DNA of 64,000 nt. Origin: Macrostomum lignano (lineage: Eukaryota). The notes under the pieces were generated by a model, which worked only from the letters and a program-made list of their open reading frames with translations, searched no databases and was not told the origin of the DNA. The position numbers were made by a program, and so were the translations under genes. Location of the stretch: the NCBI GenBank assembly GCA_002269645.1, contig NIVC01003030.1, positions 1 through 64,000 on the forward strand, written 5' to 3'. Position 1 is the first letter of the stretch. Each line of letters starts with the position of its first letter. Shown here in pieces: positions 61,301 through 64,000 of the stretch.

Positions 61301-64000
61301 AGTAAGATCAATATGGCTCAAAGTCATGCTGGTACAAAAACAGTACCGGTATATGATAAGTGGTAAAATAACGCCCTAGTACATGTATAAGATCGCACTG
61401 AGAATTTTACAAGATCACATACAGGTAAAATATCACACACAGGTACAAGATCACACACAGGTACAAGATCACACACAGGTACAAGATCACACACAGGTAC
61501 AAAATCACACTTGGCCCAAGACTCAAACAGTCAGTACTCTCACATCAAAGTGTTCGGACGGCCGGCCGGGCTGGCCGAAGCCGCGCATCGCCAGAGCGGC
61601 CGGCAGCAGCAGCAGCAGCCGGTCGGCCTGACAATCGATTTGACGAAATCGCGCTCGAATCGGCAGCAGTCGGAGTAGCTCGCGAGCAGTAGCAGCCGGC
61701 GACGCCGAGTCGCGTTGATCATCGTCGGCTGCGGACGCAGACAACAGCGCCAGTTGATCGTCGCCAGAATCAACAGCGGCGTCGGCATCGAGCAGGTCGG
61801 ATTTCTCGGCCAGCCGTAGGAGCAGCGGCCCGGCGGCGAGGCCAACCGCGCGCCTGCTGGGCAGCCGGATGCAGCGGACCAGCTCGCCGACGCGCAAAGC
61901 CCGACAGAGGCGACGCCAGTCGAGCGGGCCAGTCAGCACAGGAGGATTCAACAGGCTGTACACCTGCTCCCAAGGCGGCCCGACGGCTGAGACAGCTGAT
62001 TGAGTCAGAGACGACGATGACAGGCAAGCGTTGATTCGGTGCTCAACGTCGACAAGGTGTCGACGATAAGCCGATGACGACGTCGACGAGCCATCGCCGC
62101 AGCCGGGAAGAATGGAGGGCAATATGCGGCTGCGCAAGCTGGCCAAAGCCTGGGCTACGCAGCGCTCGCATTGGCTAGCGCCGGACACCGGCTGGCTGTA
62201 CAGCAGGTGTAGAGTGCGCTTCAGCTACGGGGATTAGCGGCGGGTTGTTATGACCTCTGTGGCCTGTGTAAACCCGCAGACAGACATGTGGGGCAAACAC
62301 CGGGGGTCAAGCTGTCTACAGTAGGGTCAATAATTAGGAGTCAGGTTACGCCGCCGGTGAAAAAATCGGGGTCATGTGCTTGGAGGGAGAAAACTGGTAA
62401 AAGGCAAACGTTTGAATAACCACTTATAAAAGATAAGCTACTTATAGTAGCAGTGAAGAAAGGAACCTCAAAAACAGCAGCTGGCAGGCTGCTAATAGGC
62501 CCAATTAGGTCGGAGTCGTCGACGCCGGCAGTCAGCAGGTCGCGCAGGCCGCCCAGCAAGGCATCAGCGGCGGTCATCGCCGGTTCAAGAGCTGCTCGTT
62601 CGCGTCGGGTCAGCCGCTGCCGTTTGCCATCGACAAGACGGGCCTTCAACGACATCACGGAAGCCGCTGTCAGAGCAGATTCGGACTTTGAAGCGTCTGG
62701 CTGGTTCGTCGTCATGATCAGACGAGCCTCCGCCTCCGCCAGAGTCAGCAGAGCCCGCATGCCCAACTGGTGTCGATCGAGAGCGGCAAAACAGGCGCTT
62801 GTCGCTGATTGGTCGTCGTCGTTGGCGTGGGCGTCGGCCAGCACGAATGGCAGCACGCGGACATCGACTGGATCGGCAAGGTCAACCAGATCGTGTCGGC
62901 GACAATAGGCGGCGATGGAGTGTACGGCCGGAGTTGAAGACATCAGCCGGGCGATGTCGGCGGCTGGGAACACGCTGGAGACAATCTGGTTGTCGGCGAA
63001 GGCCTTCAAATAATGATTGGAAAAGAAAAATGTGAAGGCAGGTTAAAAACAAATAGTCTAATATATAGATGCGGAGTTAATTCAGAGCAGCCTGCGTACT
63101 AACTGCTGCGAAATCTGCTTAACTTTCAGTGGGTTAGACTTAGACACCCCAAACTGGTTCTTATCGAACGATCTTTTGAAAATGTTCAATTAAACTATAC
63201 CAAATGATGCCTAACGCTCTACTTACAGTAGTAATACAATACAAGCATTCCTAGATAGGCTTTCGATTGCGCCGACTCACCTTAGCCAGCGCGTCGAGTC
63301 GTTGCGGCAGGTCCCGAGCCGAAGACCATTCTAAATAGAGTTCAGCCGTTGCTAAGCAACCAGAATCGGTTGGCAGAAGCCACAACGGCCCGGCCAGACT
63401 GAGGATTAGACGGAGGCCGGCGTCGGCCAGGCAGGCGGTCGGGTCGGCCAGCAGCTCGGACAGTCGAATTGGCGGCGTTGGCGGTGGCGAGATGACCGGA
63501 CCAGTTGGCAGAGCCGACAGACTGCAACCGGCATCGACAATGGCGTCGATGGCAGCGCGCACCGCCCGAGCAGCGGCGTCGGAGAGTTGTCGATCGGCGT
63601 AGACGCCTTCCAGCACCAGACGGAGCAGCCGGTTGGCGGCCGCAGGAGCTTCTTCGCTGACAACGTCAGGAGCTAACAGTTTCCGACGCTTTGACTTTCG
63701 ACGAGTTTTCGACTTTACCGATGCGTCGACAGCGTCAGCGGCCCGCAGCAGCAGGCGACAAGCCGACAGCAGATCGGTGAGCGGCGGCGTCGGCGTTAAA
63801 CTGCAGTGCAAGCGTAGCGCCAACTTTGTGGCCGAGCTCTGTCCGAGCCCGGACACCAGGTCGGCCGCTCCGTCCGGCGGCAGGGGATCGATCCAAATCT
63901 CGGCGCAGCGATTTCGCATGGCGCGCGACAGTTCGCCGAATTTCGGATCCGACGCCAGGAACAGGCGGAACTCCGGGTGCGGCGACACTTCGTCGCCGTC
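45246..64000 (-). CDS. MDN1: Midasin (AAA-ATPase ribosome maturation factor), 3' part. Exons: >64000-63281, 63003-62350, 62224-61544, 61256-60793 (frame break inside), 60292-59831, 59254-58961, 58649-58300, 57812-57424, 54638-54385, 53933-53743, ~52957-52612, 52118-51651, 51224-51031, 50603-47438, 46831-46586, 45623-45246
   Basis: End of AAA ring PHPEFRLFLASDPKFGELSRAMRNR. Linker motifs WEAVASHEVSL..IIEWRRMEL, DFIKIVKWSDMNFW, KALSDLFK..GLSYRKG. Long D/E-rich tail, then GDYRSGRRLNMRKLVPY..DRIWLRR..KREYQ|VLLAIDDSQSM (MIDAS DxSxS), LTDG, and FPFPFY..LSEALRQWFE. Confidence 0.95.
45725..46560. repeat. Compound minisatellite (~45-51-bp GCCATCCCATTAAAGCATCGAGCAAC.. units, then ~75-bp units) in the last MDN1 intron
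   Basis: Visible directly. Confidence 0.92.
50657..50997. repeat. 16-bp array (ACAAGCTCGAAA(C/T)TTG) ×~17 with an inverted TTTTCGAGCTTGTGAGGCCACC end; relative of the 8892-9211 element
   Basis: Shares the ACAAGCTCGAAA core and has an inverted copy at ~50975-50997. Confidence 0.8.
51335..51545. repeat. Degenerate ~22-bp minisatellite (CCTGATAATCCCACACCCACCA) in an MDN1 intron
   Basis: Visible directly. Confidence 0.7.
52200..52575. repeat. Purine-rich ~37-bp repeats plus a (CA)n(GA)n microsatellite inside the GC-AG intron of MDN1
   Basis: GATCCACATGCAGAGAGAGAGGGAGATAGGAGAGGTA units; CA/GA run at ~52293-52352. Confidence 0.88.
53055..53675 (+). repeat. 43-bp then 19-20-bp arrays with core CCCGAATCTACCAAATAAA
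   Basis: Reverse complement of the 54055-54315 array. Confidence 0.92.
54055..54315 (-). repeat. ~19-bp array TTTATTTGGTAGATTCGGGG, inverted partner of 53055-53675
   Basis: Visible directly. Confidence 0.9.
54680..57423. repeat. 21-bp minisatellite (ACCAGTGAGTCACACACCCTC) interrupted by a retrotransposon at 55023-57217
   Basis: About 16 units left of the insert and about 10 right; 7-aa periodic ORFs (TSESHTL). Confidence 0.92.
55023..57217 (+). mobile_element. 5'-truncated non-LTR retrotransposon (I group, LOA-like): RT + RNase H + CCHC; one frameshift near 56620; 17-bp TSD
   Basis: NQHAFRAGRSTESAL, FLDIIGAFD, GSPQGGVLSPVLWN, GYADD, CLGITLD. RNase H: YTDGS..QNEVLAI..HSDSQAAL..WIPGHAGFPGNELADTLAK. 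Zn knuckle CPFCECDNEDAQHFVCHC. Tail (TAAGTCAAG)2. TSD GAGTCACATACTCTCAC at 55006-55022 and 57218-57234. Confidence 0.93.
57835..58290. repeat. 25-bp minisatellite (ACCTGTATGTCTAACAGGTGACATG), each unit a small hairpin
   Basis: ACCTGT/ACAGGT inverted within the unit; about 18 copies. Confidence 0.94.
58655..58925 (-). repeat. 21-bp array CACATTCTGAAATCCCAATCC, inverted partner of 60320-60720
   Basis: Visible directly. Confidence 0.92.
59330..59795. repeat. 24-bp minisatellite (GAGGGGCGATTCTTGTGGAGGACT), about 19 copies
   Basis: 8-aa periodic ORF (LWRTEGRF). Confidence 0.95.
60320..60720 (+). repeat. 21-bp array GGGATTGGGATTTCTGAATGT
   Basis: Reverse complement of the 58655-58925 array. Confidence 0.92.
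61410..61510. repeat. 18-bp repeat (CAGGTACAAGATCACACA), about 5 copies
   Basis: Visible directly. Confidence 0.85.

Overview
This is a eukaryotic (metazoan) window with intron-containing genes; there are no prokaryotic features and no CRISPR array. The CAG-rich exons and minisatellite-filled introns suggest a flatworm such as Macrostomum, but that is inference only. Five protein-coding genes can be rebuilt by hand from splice sites and homology. (1) A 3-exon atypical homeobox gene (+, 7492-9850). (2) A divergent 2-exon UFD1-like gene (-, 16208-14511). (3) A complete 6-exon IDH1 (+, 17716-26757) ending in the PTS1-like tripeptide AKI, with a ~5.5-kb hierarchical satellite in its last intron. 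(4) An INPP5K/J-like 5-phosphatase (-, 44114-36084) with two tandem SKICH-like domains. (5) The 3' ~3000 codons of midasin/MDN1 (-, beyond 64000 to 45246), which include a GC-AG intron and one unexplained frame break. Mobile DNA comprises a 5'-truncated LOA-like non-LTR retrotransposon (RT + RNase H, 17-bp TSD) inside an MDN1 intronic minisatellite, an inverted pair of piggyBac left halves, several hAT-like MITEs with nested insertions, and a set of GG-terminated foldback elements with 8-bp TSDs. One of those foldback elements carries a telomeric G-quadruplex in a hairpin loop. The most striking unexplained pattern is in MDN1: almost every intron has its own minisatellite, and two pairs of arrays are reverse complements that bracket specific exons, an architecture suited to exon looping or circRNA formation. 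Most short ORFs in the supplied track are repeat translations or antisense shadows.
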